The notes beneath the pieces are model-generated. The model made no database searches. It was not told where the DNA came from and saw nothing but the letters and a program-made list of their open reading frames with translations. This document shows positions 63,788-64,000 of a stretch of DNA of 64,000 bases, piece by piece. Made by a program: the position numbers and the translations under genes. The stretch's first letter is position 1. Each line of letters begins with the position of its first letter. This stretch comes from an uncultured Chloroflexia bacterium (GTDB lineage Bacteria > Chloroflexota > Anaerolineae > CG2-30-64-16): contig CAVZDU010000003.1 of NCBI GenBank assembly GCA_963774265.1, positions 96,001 to 160,000 of the forward strand, written 5' to 3'.

Positions 63788-64000
63788 TTAGCCCGGGACG
63801 CGGCCGTTTGAGGCTCGGCGCTTGTCCGGCTCCCGGTAAGTCGCTATAATCTCCTCATGCGCACCCACACCCGGCTCGTGGTCGTCCTCTTCTGTACGGC
63901 GTGGCTTCTCCTGTTGTTCCGATTGGACAGCATCCCGCCTGGCTTTCAGCACGATCAAACGTTCGACTCTCTGAACGCGCTGCAAGTGGTTGGCGGTCAT
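63788..64000 (-). CDS. 3' end of an unidentified gene entering from beyond the window
   Basis: Frame open to the window edge, stop at 63788 converging on DegT; no recognisable motif. Confidence 0.4.
   Translation of the reverse strand: MTANHLQRVQRVERLIVLKARRDAVQSEQQEKPRRTEEDDHEPGVGAHEEIIATYREPDKRRASNGRVPG

Overview
High-GC bacterial chromosomal window with no rRNA, tRNA, CRISPR array or transposase gene. Gene content suggests Chloroflexota (Anaerolineae/Caldilineae-like), which is an inference. In order: (1) 1-13.7 kb, minus strand: aerobic respiratory cluster with SURF1, a caa3-type A2 cytochrome c oxidase (subunits II, I, III, IV), YtkA/FixH-like and FixG-like accessory genes, and an alternative complex III (actA-B1-B2-C-D-E). 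(2) 13.7-22.9 kb: HD protein, NarL-type regulator, two AI-2E permeases, CsbD, rph, methyltransferase, M14 peptidase, GNAT, DUF151. (3) dnaB, a DnaD-domain gene and a DnaC/IstB-like ATPase with two AAA+ domains, followed by CIRCE-groES-groEL. (4) MBL hydrolase and a STAS / RsbW-like / 4xGAF-PP2C partner-switching module. (5) 33-64 kb: about 11 large polytopic GT-C-type glycosyltransferase genes, most with a shared C-terminal Ig-like domain, plus a GT2 and a DegT aminotransferase. Many conserved genes carry single-base indels, most likely long-read errors. The most unusual signal is at least four families of short, structured, apparently mobile repeats. They are 28-bp GTAG palindromes, a 49-nt double hairpin with compensatory base changes, a 33-bp palindrome-of-palindromes, and ~9-nt-period CAC/AAG units. 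They occur between genes and also inside protein-coding genes, mostly in frame and mostly in loops of membrane proteins.
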